DNA of 64,000 nt from Octopus vulgaris. Its lineage: Eukaryota. The notes under the pieces are model-generated. The model saw only the letters and a program-made list of their open reading frames with translations, made no database searches and was not told the origin of the DNA. Position numbers and translations under genes: made by a program. Below, in pieces: positions 12,340-23,770 of this stretch. The stretch spans positions 82,832,001-82,896,000 of the forward strand of contig OX597814.1 of the NCBI GenBank assembly GCA_951406725.2. Reading direction: 5' to 3'. Positions within the stretch are counted from its first letter, which is position 1, and each line of letters begins with the position of its first letter.

Positions 12340-12755
12340 ATTTACAATAGATGAAGAATTGCTGCGAGGCATATAGTAGAATAGGAAAAACTACAGTTGA
12401 CTTACAGAAGAAAGAATTAGATAACATTTCAAAAATTTGAGTATTGCAGATGATATGGCATCAGATCTGAATGGGTAAAGTTATGAAGATTTAGCCTACG
12501 GATTCCTGTTATAAAAATTAAGCACTAACTCATTGCACCATATTACTGAGATGAGTGGCTTCATTCAAAATGTTGTACAACACTCTATTTATCTTGGACC
12601 ATTCTGTATCTGTGAATACTGAATTACATTAAGCATTACCTAATGAGAGAAGAATTACTCTCACAGATAATTTGTTCTGCAGTATTGATTTAGCAAATTA
12701 TTTGTACAAGAAGAAAAATGTCTGATTACTCTGAAACTATGAGAAGAAATAAAAG
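12340..12755 (+). pseudogene. Possible decayed piggyBac-like transposase fragment
   Basis: FTIDEELL (cf. L.IDE catalytic motif) followed by RRITLTDNLFCSIDLANYLY and, after a frameshift, TMRRNK (cf. R.I..DNFFTS..LA..L...GT.R.NK). Confidence 0.5.
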
Positions 12756-13470
12756 TGCAACCCGTGAGAAGAAATAAATCACAGTAATGACTACGAAACT
12801 AAAGACTACAAGACAAGAAGTTAAAAGAGGTGTAGATAAAGTTAGGATTAGAATAATAGAATAACAGGATAACCAAGAAATTTTTATGATATTTTGATTT
12901 TTCCATCAACCTAATTGACTGGAAGCTGATAAATGATCACATGTGGTTCAATTAATTTCAAAATCAGCACTAAAAGTGGACACTAACATATTGAAAGCAT
13001 AGAAGCAGCACTGAGAAGGAATTACTGTAAGGATACCGTTTGAATTAATGAATGTTACATTACTGAATAGCTGGGTTGTTTTCAATAAACTGTAATGGAT
13101 TGAAAATGATGGCAAGTTATTGGTTAAAAAAACAGTCACTAGAAAGGTCCCAGAGGTGGGGTGAGGTGGGGGAAGAATGGATGAAATATGATTCAAATCC
13201 ATTGAATAAAATTTTTTTAATTAATTGGTGAATATTTCTGTAAATGAGATTATAGCTTTTATGAAAAGATTACCAGAGCAAAAAAAAACCCAAAAAAGCA
13301 ACAAAACCTAAAAGGCTAAGCAAATATCAAAAAAATATATTGAATATGAAAATATCAAAACCTCTTTTAAATGAGGAGCAAACATTTTAATAAGATTTTT
13401 ATATTCAGAATTTGTTTTTATGGTTTTGTTCTGAATGAATTTTAAATTTTTCATTGCCTCTTAAGGTTAT

Positions 13471-14030
13471 TCTTTACCTTTTATCTTTCACTTGTTTCAT
13501 TGAACTCTGGCCATTCTGGGGCACCATCTTGAAAAGATTGGTTGAACTGATCGACCTCACTACTTATTTTTATAAGTTTGGTACTTATTGTATTGGTTTC
13601 TTTATGCAAAACTACTAAGTTATGGGGATGTAAACAAGACAAACCAGTTGTTAAGCAGTGGTGGGGAACAAACTCAAAGGCACAAAAACACGCATAGACT
13701 GCCATGCCATGTAAAAGTGCCTAATGCCAACCACTCTGTAAAGTTGTTGGCATTAGGAAGGGCATCCAGCCATAGAGATCATACCAATTCAGACTGGACT
13801 CTGGTGCCCCCCCTCCCCCCGGCTTGCCAGCTCTGGTCACTACTTCCAACCCAAGCCAGCATGGACAATGGACATTTAATGATGATGATATATACAATGA
13901 GCTTCCACACAGATTCCATCTATCAAGTTCACTCACAAGGCATTGGTTGGCTTGGGACCATAGTAGAAAAAAATTGTCCGAGGTGTTATGTAGTGGGACT
14001 GAACCAGAAACCATGTGATTACAAAGTAAG
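13471..14030 (-). mobile_element. SINE family A with a nested plus-strand family C tail (13700-13889) in its central microsatellite
   Basis: Tail at 13471-13695 and head at 13895-14030 flank the GGAAGGGCATCCAGC...(GAT)n insert. Confidence 0.8.
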
Positions 14031-14668
14031 TATAGGAGGCAAAATAGTGTCCAATGACTCTTTACTGGATCTATGAGATTGGCGAGAGGAAAAGAGAAAA
14101 GTATCCTGAAACTAAAGACCTGATCTGGTTGCTTGCAACAGAGTGGATTCCACTAAAGTACCCAAGGTCCCAAGTGGTAGTGTTAAACTGAGTGATAGAG
14201 TAAGTCTATCTCCCAAGTAGGCCTTGGCAAGATTTGAACTCAGAGTGCAAAGAAGAACTACTGCACAGCATTTGATCTGACTTAATTATAGTTTCACCAA
14301 TTTTCTATCCTGGAATGGTACTTTTTCTTTTTATTGAATCTGAAAGGAGAAAAAGTAATATTGACCTCAGCAGGATTTGAACTCAGAGACTGTGAGTAGG
14401 AACAAATCCTGCTGTCCCTTTAAATCCCCACAGTTTTGACCATGTTGATATATTGAACAAATATGTGCTTCATATATTCTAAAAGTTTTTGAATTTCTTT
14501 ATACATTTTCAGAAAACTTAAGTTTTGATTCATTTCATCTTAAAATCTCTTGAATATATCTGTAAACCCTTTAATTCCAAAACTGTTATACACTTTCTGC
14601 ATTCTACACAATACTCACAAATACATTAGGATGATAACTGAAAAACAAATTGCTTACTAAATCTAATA

Positions 14669-14852
14669 GGCATAGGCATGGCTGTGTGATAAGAAGTTTT
14701 CTTCCCGACTATATGGTTCTAGGTTCAGTCCAACTGTATGCCATCTTGATCAGTTGTCTTCTACATTAGCCCTGGGCTGACTGAAGTCTTTTGAGTGAAT
14801 TTGGCAGACCAAAACCGAAAGCAGTTTATCATATATGTGTGCATGTGTGTGT

Positions 14853-14885
<33 letters not shown>
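14669..14885 (+). mobile_element. SINE family A/B 5' half
   Basis: GGCATGGCTGTGTGATAAGAAG...GGTTCAGTCC head followed by (TG)/(CA) repeats. Confidence 0.8.
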
Positions 14886-14891
<6 letters not shown>

Positions 14892-15252
14892 CAGAACACA
14901 AACAGAGTTTTATCATGGCTACTAAATAATTATCACATATTACATTTACAGATAAATTCCTCTATTTACATAATATTGAGGTCTCTTTCATTCTTTTGTT
15001 GTCTTACCATTTTTATCAATATATATATATATATATAGGTTATGAGAGGTAACGGTGTCAAGAAGACTCAAAGGTGTCAGGTAATGCTGAGTAAGTGCTA
15101 TGGACAGACTATAGTTAAGCTCAAGGTTCGGTGATTATGCAAATGAAGAGTCCAACGTAGGTCATATGTCAGCATGTGTATATATAAAAAAATGAGCAGA
15201 ATGAGATAAAAATCCAAGGCTGTGTAGATTTTAGAACATTCATAGATAGAAG

Positions 15253-15300
15253 GTCTTACAGCTGTTTATGGGATATTTTACATATCCCTTCATCAGAAAC
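15253..15300 (-). ncRNA. Minimal type-I hammerhead ribozyme motif (GAAA box mutated to UAAA)
   Basis: Minus strand reads GTTT-CTGATGA-A-GGGATAT-GTAAA-ATATCCC-A-TAAA-CAGCTG-TA-AGAC, giving stem I, the core, a 7-bp stem II, a palindromic stem/loop III and a GUA site. Confidence 0.75.
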
Positions 15301-15643
15301 AGTGTGAGAAAATGGTTAAACAATAGTTATTCGAGATAAGATATGAAATAGAGAGTGAAGTGGAGGAATGAAAACAGATGTGAGATATGCAGGGATATTG
15401 TATCTTCAGTTCCATTACTTAGGCCGAATGGTATACATATAAGATTCCTGGAATGACCAATTTTAAATATTATTGGAACTTAATCTCAAGGTACAGGAAT
15501 CTTATATGTATACATTTCTGTCTAAATAATGGAACTGAAGATACATTATCCCTGCATATCTCATGTCTATTTTCATTCCTCCACTTCACTCTCTATTTCA
15601 TATCTAATCTCGAATAACTATTGCTTAACCATTTTCTCACACT

Positions 15644-15691
15644 GTCTCTAATAAAGGGATGTATAGAATATCCCAGAAACAGCTGTAAGAC
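15644..15691 (+). ncRNA. Minimal type-I hammerhead ribozyme motif (CUGAUGA mutated to CUAAUAA)
   Basis: GTCT-CTAATAA-A-GGGATGT-ATAGA-ATATCCC-A-GAAA-CAGCTG-TA-AGAC; mirror copy of 15253-15300. Confidence 0.7.
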
Positions 15692-15999
15692 TTATTTATA
15701 AATGTTCTGAAATCTTTAATCTTTACAGCCTTGGATTTTTATCTCATTCTGTTAATTTATATATATAATAATGAAGGCAGTGATATGCAATATGAAACCA
15801 AAAAGAAAAAATTCAGTTGTCACTACATTGCTAGAAATAAGAGCTAAAAAGCCCTTACAGTCACAAAAAGCACATTGTCATACACTGACAGGGGAGATAA
15901 CCACCTCACAGTGAGCAAGATCATTACACTATAGTTTCATTTGAAAATTACAAACTCTCTCTCACACACACACACACATTTGTATGTGTGTGTGTGTGT

Positions 16000-16240
16000 G
16001 TGCGTGTGTGTGCATGTTGTTCCTTTCCTTGATAAAGCATGATAGTTGTGAATGTCAGCATCATAGTGTCCTTCATTTCTAATCTTCCATAAAAGCACGT
16101 CTGGTCATAGGGAAATGATATCTTGCATGGAAATGGGCAAGAGTTGATGACTGTAAGGTCATCGAATCATAGAAAAATCTGCCTCAGCAAATTCCATCTG
16201 ACCCATGCCAGCATGGAAAAATGATTGTTAAAACGATGAT
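16000..16240 (+). mobile_element. SINE family B 3' half
   Basis: GATAGTTGT...TCTGGTCATAGGGAAAT...GACCCATGCCAGCATGGAAAA...ACGATGAT tail, shared with 28422-28860 and 41570-41993. Confidence 0.7.
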
Positions 16241-16340
16241 GTGTGTTTTGTATCAAATAAAACTTCTTTTTCAAATGTTTGAAATGGAACAGGCATTACA
16301 AAATGTGCTCAATGCACACATGCAGTTCAAAGTATCTCTG

Positions 16341-16557
16341 TCTTTTATATTTATCTTTTACTTCTTTCAGTCATTTGACTGCAGTCATACTGGGCCAATG
16401 TATTGAAGTGTTTGTTTTTTAGTCGAATGATCGACCCTAGAATTTAATATTTTTTTAAGCCTGGTACTTATTCTTATCCTGTCAGTCTCTCTTGCTGATC
16501 TGCTAAATTATGAGGATGCAAACACACCAACACCTGTTGTCATGTGGTGGTGGTAGG

Positions 16558-16588
<31 letters not shown>

Positions 16589-16816
16589 TGCCCACACACA
16601 CACATGCCCACACACACACATGCCCACACACACACATGCCCCCCCCCACACACGATAGGCTTCTTTCAGTTTCCATCTACCAAATCCACTCACAAGACTT
16701 TGATCAGCCTGAGGCTATAGTAGAAGACACTTGCCCAAGATTCCACACAGCTGGACTGAAACCAGAAGTATGTGGTTGGGAAGCAATCTTCTTACGACAT
16801 AGCCACACCGGTGCCT
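16341..16816 (-). mobile_element. SINE family A, full length
   Basis: Head, CORE-like motif, (CA)-rich centre and tail are all present. Confidence 0.9.
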
Positions 16817-17101
16817 ATCACAATTGATATACATCTCAATTTATTGCAAATCACATGGGATGCACAACTCAGTCCATTGTGGGATAAACAAATTTGGAAT
16901 GTATTGTAATCTATCTATTCTACTTTATTCTCTTTTTTTATTTTTACGTGAGCGAATGAAACATTTAAAGCAATACCATTTGTTACTCTTTATCTCTCAA
17001 AGATCTTTACATTGTGCTGAAACAGAATGAAGGTTGTCTGAGGCATAGTCATTGTTACTTAAAAACTGTGATGTATCACATAGTTTTCATCTAGCAATAA
17101 C

Positions 17102-17155
<54 letters not shown>

Positions 17156-17477
17156 TACGCATATATGTAAATGTGTGTGCGTGTATAAATTTTTTTTTGG
17201 TAGCCTCACAGACAGCAAAGTTAATAAGCCTTCACTTGAATAAAATATAGATATAGAAGTTTAGCATATGTGATTCTGGCTTTGTGTGTGTATATCCATA
17301 TGGCTCAATATGTGCATGTGTGAGTCTGCTTGTAAATATGTATAGAACAGCAAGAATGTGGATTTAACTAACATGTCTAGCTTAAGCCAGCTTAAGGAAG
17401 TGGCTACAAAATGATACTGAAGGGATAATGAAAACAACGGCAACAACAACAATTCAACATTAACAAAGGCAAAAACT

Positions 17478-18511
17478 CGTCATCATTTTAATTCTGCTTT
17501 TCCATGTTTCCATGGGTTGAATGGAGTTTACTGAGACAAATTTTCTCTGACTGGATGCCCTTCCTTTCACCGACCCGCACCCATTTCCAAGAAAGGTTCT
17601 ATTTCCCCATGACCAGACATGTTTTACAGAAGACTGGAAGTAAACAACAGTGCTTGCATGATGGTGGCATTTGTTTTACAACTATTACATAAAGCCAAGG
17701 CAAGGAGGCAGTAGCACATACACAGACACATGCACACATCTTCATCATCATTGTTTAATGTTCTCCTTCCATGGGTTAGACGGTTTGACAGGAGCTGACC
17801 AGGCAGAAGCTTGCATAATACTTCTGTGTTTGTTTTGGCATGGTTCTACTGCTGGATGCCCTTCCTAACACCAACCACTTTGCAGAGTGAGCTGAGTGCT
17901 TTCTACATGGCACCAGCACAGGCAAAGTCAGTTTTGACAGCTGGATGCCCTTTACAGTGTGGTCTGGATACTTTCTAAGCAGTACCAGCACCAGCAGGGT
18001 CACCAAGTAACTTTTCAAGAGAAGGGGAGGGGGCATGGGAGGAGGCGATCTTGTGCCAGGTGATGAAAGGTTCGAGTGTGACAGAGAGATAAACAGAAAC
18101 AAATGTCTTGCTGTAGAGGAGGTACATGGTTACCCAACCATAGAGAGAAAGAGAGATGGAGAAAGAGAGAAAGAAAAGGAGAGAGGGAGAGAAAGTTAAC
18201 AAGAAAGAAGGCAGAAATAAGTATGCAGCTGTAAAGGAGATACATGGTTACCTAGCTGGAGGGAAGAGCAGGAGAAAAATATACACACACACACACACAC
18301 CTAGGTGAAGCCGACAGCGGGTGCAGATCTTGATGGTAGTAGCACACACACAGTGGGCTTCCTTCAGTTTCTGTCTACCAAATCCACTCATAAGGCCTTG
18401 GCTGGTTGGAGGGTATAGTAGAAAACACTTGCTCAAAGTGCCACACAGTAGGAGTGAACCTGATAGCATGTGGTTGGGAAACAAGCTTCATATAACACAG
18501 CCACACCTGTG

Positions 18512-18513
<2 letters not shown>
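17478..18513 (-). mobile_element. SINE family B split by a long family C insertion (about 17743-18330)
   Basis: B tail at 17478-17710, C sequence starting CATCATCATTGTTTAATG, SINE head at 18350-18513. Confidence 0.7.
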
Positions 18514-18580
<67 letters not shown>

Positions 18581-18967
18581 ATATATCATCATCATCATCG
18601 ACCATGTTTGGATGGTGCTTTTTACATGCCAATGGCATGAGGAGCCAGTCAGGCAGCTCTGGCAATGACCCATGCATGAATGAATGGTGCTTGGCCACAA
18701 CTACAATTTCCATTTGATTGTGATTTGATTTCGATTTTGATTTTAATTTACTTGAATCAATAGGTCTCTTCAACCATGGAATGTCACCCAACAATTGAAA
18801 AGTAGTAAAGATTATTTGCCAACATAAAATGGCAGTCCTGGTTCAGAACGAATGTTGCTGTAATTTAGCTTCAGGAGACATCGTCTCCAGCTGGCTATAT
18901 GACAAAATCTATGTCCTTATATTTTCAAACAAGGGAATCTAGCACCCTCACTTAGCTCAAAACAATA

Positions 18968-19012
18968 TCTGTGTATCGTAATTTCTGGATTATTTCCCTT
19001 CATCAGCACAGA
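18968..19012 (-). ncRNA. Minimal type-I hammerhead ribozyme with intact core boxes
   Basis: Minus strand reads TCTGTG-CTGATGA-AGGG-AAATAA-TCCA-GAAA-TTACGA-TA-CACAGA, giving a perfect 6-bp stem I, CUGAUGA, a short stem II, GAAA and an AUA cleavage triplet. Confidence 0.8.
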
Positions 19013-19127
19013 ATAATTGTTCAGCTAGAGGTGGCACTGCCAAATTCCTGTTCGAAATATATAGTTTTCAAAGTGACAACTAGTCACTGATCTATAAATT
19101 AGAAAATTACTCTAGCTGAACAATTAT

Positions 19128-19165
19128 TCTGTGCTGATGAAAAGAAATAACCCAGAAATCGTGAT
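19128..19165 (+). ncRNA. Hammerhead remnant lacking the cleavage site and the 3' strand of stem I
   Basis: TCTGTG-CTGATGA-AAAG-AAATAA-CCCA-GAAA-TCGTGAT, then a 10-nt deletion (TACACAGATA) relative to the other arm. Confidence 0.65.
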
Positions 19166-19312
19166 TGTTTTGAGCTGAGTTGGGGTGCTAGATTCCCTTG
19201 TTCCAAAATATAAGGACACAGATCATGTTGTATAGCCAGCTAGAGACAATTCTAACTCATTTTGCACTTTATAAAGTATTCATAAATCATTTTTTGCTAA
19301 TTTTGTTTAGAG

Positions 19313-20289
19313 ATGGATAAGTCAGAAATTCATACAGCTTTGAAATATGAGTTCTTTCTTGGAAATGCATCATCACAAACAGCTTGGAATATTAATGAAG
19401 TATTTCATTCCAATGTCATTCCACAGCAGACAGTATCAAATTGGCTTGTAAATGAGCAATGTGGTTGACAAGGAACAAAGCTGGATAATGATGAACTGAA
19501 AGCCACTGTTGAGTCAGCTCCATCTCAAAGTAACCGTGAATTATCATTATTGTTGGTGTTGGCAACAAAACAATATTGACTTACCTAGTTCAAATTGATA
19601 AAGTGAAAAAGTTGGACAAGTGTGTTCTACACGAACTCAATGAAAATCAGAAATAGCAATGTTTGGAAGCCTGCATTATGCTACTTTCTCATCCCCAAAA
19701 TGGATAATTTTTTAATTGAATTGTAACATGTAATGGGAAATGGATCCAATACAACAACTGTAAATATTCAGCACAATGGTTAGACAAAGACGAGCCACCA
19801 AAACACAGTTCAAAAAGCAAAATTCATCAAAAGAAGTTGATGGTGTGTGTTTGGTGGTCTGATGCAGGTGTGATCCATTATGATTTCATTAAACCTGGTT
19901 CATCAATGACAGGCTGCAGTATACTGTAGCCAATTGGACCAAATAATGCAGAAACTAACAAGAAAATAGCCTAGATTAGTCAACAGATCCACTCCTATTT
20001 TATTGCAAGACAATGCCAGATCACATATCGCAAAAATGACATTGGTGAAACTACAGGAGTTGGCATTGGAAGTTCTCCATCATCCACCATACTCACCTGA
20101 TCTTACCTCCACTGACTACCACTTCTTACAGAATTTGGATAACTTTTTAATTCTGACGATGCTGTAAAATAGGCCTTCCAAGATTTTATTCACTCTAGAT
20201 TGCCAGGCTTTTACAGTTCCAGGCTGGACAAGCTACCACTGAAATAGCAGAAGTGTATTGACAATATGGGTGCATATTTTGATGAGTAA
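19313..20289 (+). pseudogene. Mariner (DD34D) transposase pseudogene; element right end with TIR ...GACAACCTAA|TA at 20364
   Basis: MDKSEIHTALKYEF...QTAWNINEVF, CVLHEL (WVPHEL), IVTCNGKWIQYNN, LLQDNARSH and HPPYSPDLTSTDYHF, with stops and frameshifts. The left TIR was not found. Confidence 0.92.
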
Positions 20290-21530
20290 AACTATTCCTT
20301 GTATTTATAAAACATAAGCAAACTTTTTTTTTCTTTTCTACAAATTTCACTCTTGACAACCTAATACATTTACTAATATAATTTTTCCCAGTCAGAGACA
20401 CTCTCAGTGGCTATGGCATTCAAATTATAACTGCTGTACTAGTATGTTGATTTGAGTTTACACTGTCTATATGCGAATACTTAGCTTTGAAGGATTGTTA
20501 CTGTTATCTATGATGAAAGGTGTCTCAGTTTTGAATATTCATCCTTTTTGTATATCAGGGATTGCATTGTCACCATGTGACCTTCATTTCGGATGCTATA
20601 GTGTGATTTAGCTTCTATTTTTAGCAGGTGGAATGACTGTGGAGGCTTTCTGTTATCACTGGGAGTGGTTTATGCTTACTTATTGTCATTTGGTCTCACT
20701 ACATCATTGATTTATTTTTATAGACTGGAATAGACTAGACTATATTGGAATATAAGGTGAACTTAGGAGTGAAGGGAAAAGTGGGAGAGGAAGAGAAGAG
20801 AGAAAGAGAGAGAGAGAGAGAGAGAGGTGGGGAAGAAAAGAGAGAGAAGAAAAGAGAAAAAGCTGTAACGAAGAAAGAAGGATTGTACATGTATTGTCAT
20901 AAAGATTTCTTTTAACTCTGCAAAAGGCCAGTCTTTTATTTTTAAGTCAATTGATCTGTATCTTGACAATATGGAGCCAACAAGGGAGTCTCTGCATAAT
21001 CTTTTGATCTGCTGGCTACCAGATATAGCAGCCATATCTCTCTCAAATGATGCATTGCTATCTTAAAAAATGAGTACACTAAATGATGTAATAACAGACA
21101 CCAATATATTGGAGAAAAAGGTATCTCAAGAAAGGGCAGGACACCTTTGATTAGGGTTGATTTGGGCTAAATTAACAACAGCTTGTTATTATACTAATAT
21201 TCATTTCAATGAAATAAAAATAATTTTTTTATAGCATTTCTCACATTTCCAAATTTACATTCAAGATTCACTTTATGCATGTCTTGCCAACTTTTTGGGT
21301 TGTTCCTTATCCTTGCCCCCACCACCAAGTATTGTTTCTTCTTGGTAGGGCTGTTTTAAGGTGGGGGTTATGGAGATTGCACAGCAGGGCTCAGGTGGCC
21401 TATGGTTCTATAAATAATACCATTTTATCATTATTGTTAGGAACCAAAATACACTTCTTTGTTGCAGCATGTGGGCCCACAGGACCAAAAGATGGCCCTA
21501 TTATGGGGATACCTAACATATTGGGGATAT

Positions 21531-21796
21531 CTTTTATCTCTTATATTTACTTGTTTACTATGACTGCAGCCACACTGGGGCACTACCTGTTGGTCTTTTT
21601 TTGACTGTCTGCTAATTTATGGGGACGTAAACAAGTCACCATCAGTTGTCAGATGATAGTGCTTAACAAACACAGGCACACACATACACACACGCACGCA
21701 TACACATGTATGTGGATGTATACACACACATACACATGTATGTGGATGTGCATACACACACAAACACACACACATGTATGTGGATGCGCACGCACG

Positions 21797-21830
<34 letters not shown>

Positions 21831-21986
21831 AAGAGCTTCTTTTGGTTTCCATTTACGAAATCCACTCACAGAGCTTTGATTAGCCTGAGGCTAAAGTAGA
21901 AGATACATGCCCAAAGTGCTACATAGTTGGACTGAACCAGGAATCATGTCATTGGGAAGCAAACTCCTTATGATGCAGTCATGCCT
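21531..21986 (-). mobile_element. SINE family A containing a ~30-bp minisatellite (ACACATGTATGTGGATG-based, 3 copies, about 21700-21790)
   Basis: Tail and head are recognisable; the tandem units are directly visible. Confidence 0.85.
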
Positions 21987-22640
21987 ACTCTTATGAATGA
22001 TGGGGGGGGGCGGGGAATTATAATCAAAATAGAGACTTAGCATGAATGTTAGCAACAGAGGGGACCAACAAGGATTTTTTGATTTCCTCATTGATGCTGG
22101 TTAACTGCTGTTCTGTCATAAATTAACCTCAGCCAGTTTGTGTACTGCTGGGTGGGTGTTCCCTTCGTCTGTCTTTTCAGGCTTCCTGAATGCTGGAGTT
22201 TTTTAAAATCAATTTATAGAAATTTCATCTTGATTTTATTCTAAGCATCTCCAATGTATCACCATGTTGTTGTCAAATGTTGATTAAAATACCTCAACAA
22301 CCCTGTCGAGAAAGCCAGTTCAGCTTCAGTTATACAGAACCAAGAGAAATAAAAGGGATGAAATTAAGAGCAGTCCAAACTTGGTCTCCATACAAAGATG
22401 TCAGTCCTACCATCATTTAACTACAAGGTCATTTAATTTATAAAATTAATCTATCACCTAGATTAGCGTCATTCTTGACCGAAGGGTGTCTTTAGTGGAG
22501 TCTACTTTACTACAAACATTCAAACTCAGTTTCTATTCTGATTACAACTTCCTCCACCCCATGGTCTATAATGGAAATGGTCATGGATGCTACTTTCTTC
22601 ATCTACTGACAAAAAGAAGAATAAAAATTATTTACTTCAC

Positions 22641-22814
22641 CAGGAATGGCTGTGTTTTAGTAGAACAGCTCACTTTACAACCATGTGGTTTGGGGTTCAG
22701 TTCCACTATGTGACATCTTGGTCAAGTATCTTATATTATAGCCTTGAGCTGACCAATGCCTTGTGATTGGGTTTGGTAAACAGAAACTGTGCGGAAGCTC
22801 ACACTGTATTTGTG

Positions 22815-22869
<55 letters not shown>

Positions 22870-23055
22870 CTTTGTGTCTCTATTTGTCCTGCCCTCTGCT
22901 CCTTGAGAACCAGTATTGGTTTGTCCACTTCCCTGTAACTTAGTGGTTTAGCCAGAATGATAGAATAAATACAAGATCTGTTCTACTAGAGCACCATGAT
23001 GGTGCTCTTGTATGGTCACAGTTCAATGAGTGAAATAAGTAAAAGATAAAAGAAA
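22641..23055 (+). mobile_element. SINE family A, full length, diverged
   Basis: GGAATGGCTGTG head, (TG)n centre and AAATAAGTAAAAGATAAAAGA end. Confidence 0.85.
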
Positions 23056-23261
23056 ATGCTTATTTTCAGTATCCATTACAGTCCACCGAATTAAATGTAT
23101 GGAATGTTGTGGCATTCATACTTTTCCAAGGATATGAGCAATAAAATGAAAGTCTCTTTTTAAAGCTTTAAATGCATTTGTTTCTTAACTCACATTTTAC
23201 TTGCAACTGTTGACATTATTACTACTATTACAAAGGTAACAAAGTGGCAGACAAAATGCTT

Positions 23262-23464
23262 AGAGGCAAGCTAATAGAATTGTTAGCACACTGGGAAAAA
23301 TTCTTCTGGCTTTATGGTCTGAGTTCAAATTCCACAAAGGTTGACTTCGCGTTTCATTCTTTTGGGGTCAATGAAATATGTGTCAGTTGAGTACTAAGCA
23401 CAATGTAATCAACTAACCCACCCTCTGCTCCAAAATTTCAGGCTTTGTGCCAGTTGTAGAAAGG

Positions 23465-23499
<35 letters not shown>
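23262..23499 (+). mobile_element. tRNA-derived SINE family 2 with (ATT)n tail
   Basis: GAGTTCAAATTCC B box, GTTGACTTCGCGTTTCATTCTTTTGGGGTCAAT domain and GAAAGG(ATT)n end. Confidence 0.8.
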
Positions 23500-23500
<1 letters not shown>

Positions 23501-23502
23501 AA

Positions 23503-23770
23503 GGCAGCAAGCTGGCAGAATTGTCAGCACACTGGATGAAATGCTTAGCGGCATTTTGCCCATTGCTGCATTTTGCCCATTGCTGCATTTTGCCCATTGC
23601 TGCATTTTGCCCATTGCTGCATTCTGAGTTTAAATTCTGCCGAGGTTGACTTTGCCTTTCATCCTTCTGGGATTGATAATTTAAGTACCAGTTGTGTACT
23701 GGGGTCGTTGAGGTCGACTATCCCCGTCCCCTAAATTTCAAGCCTTGTGCCTTTAGTAGGAAGGATTATT
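23503..23770 (+). mobile_element. SINE family 2, second tandem copy, with a 17-bp tandem expansion (23551-23623)
   Basis: GGCAGCAAGCTGGCAGAATTG head, (GCATTTTGCCCATTGCT)x4, GAGTTTAAATTC B box and GACTTTGCCTTTCATCCTT domain. Confidence 0.88.

Larger units (their letters stand above)
15197..15751. mobile_element. Foldback element 1 (arms 15197-15450 and 15494-15751), probable inverted Penelope-like pseudo-LTR pair
   Basis: Arms of about 255 bp are reverse complements around a 43-nt spacer. Each arm has a hammerhead motif, and both outer ends abut (TA)n. Confidence 0.8.
18880..19250. mobile_element. Foldback element 2 (arms 18880-19030 and 19110-19250), probable inverted Penelope-like pseudo-LTR pair
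   Basis: Arms are reverse complements, e.g. CATCAGCACAGAATAATTGTTCAGCTAGAG / CTCTAGCTGAACAATTATTCTGTGCTGATG and ACAAGGGAATCTAGCACCC / GGGTGCTAGATTCCCTTGT. The spacer is 79 nt. Confidence 0.8.
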
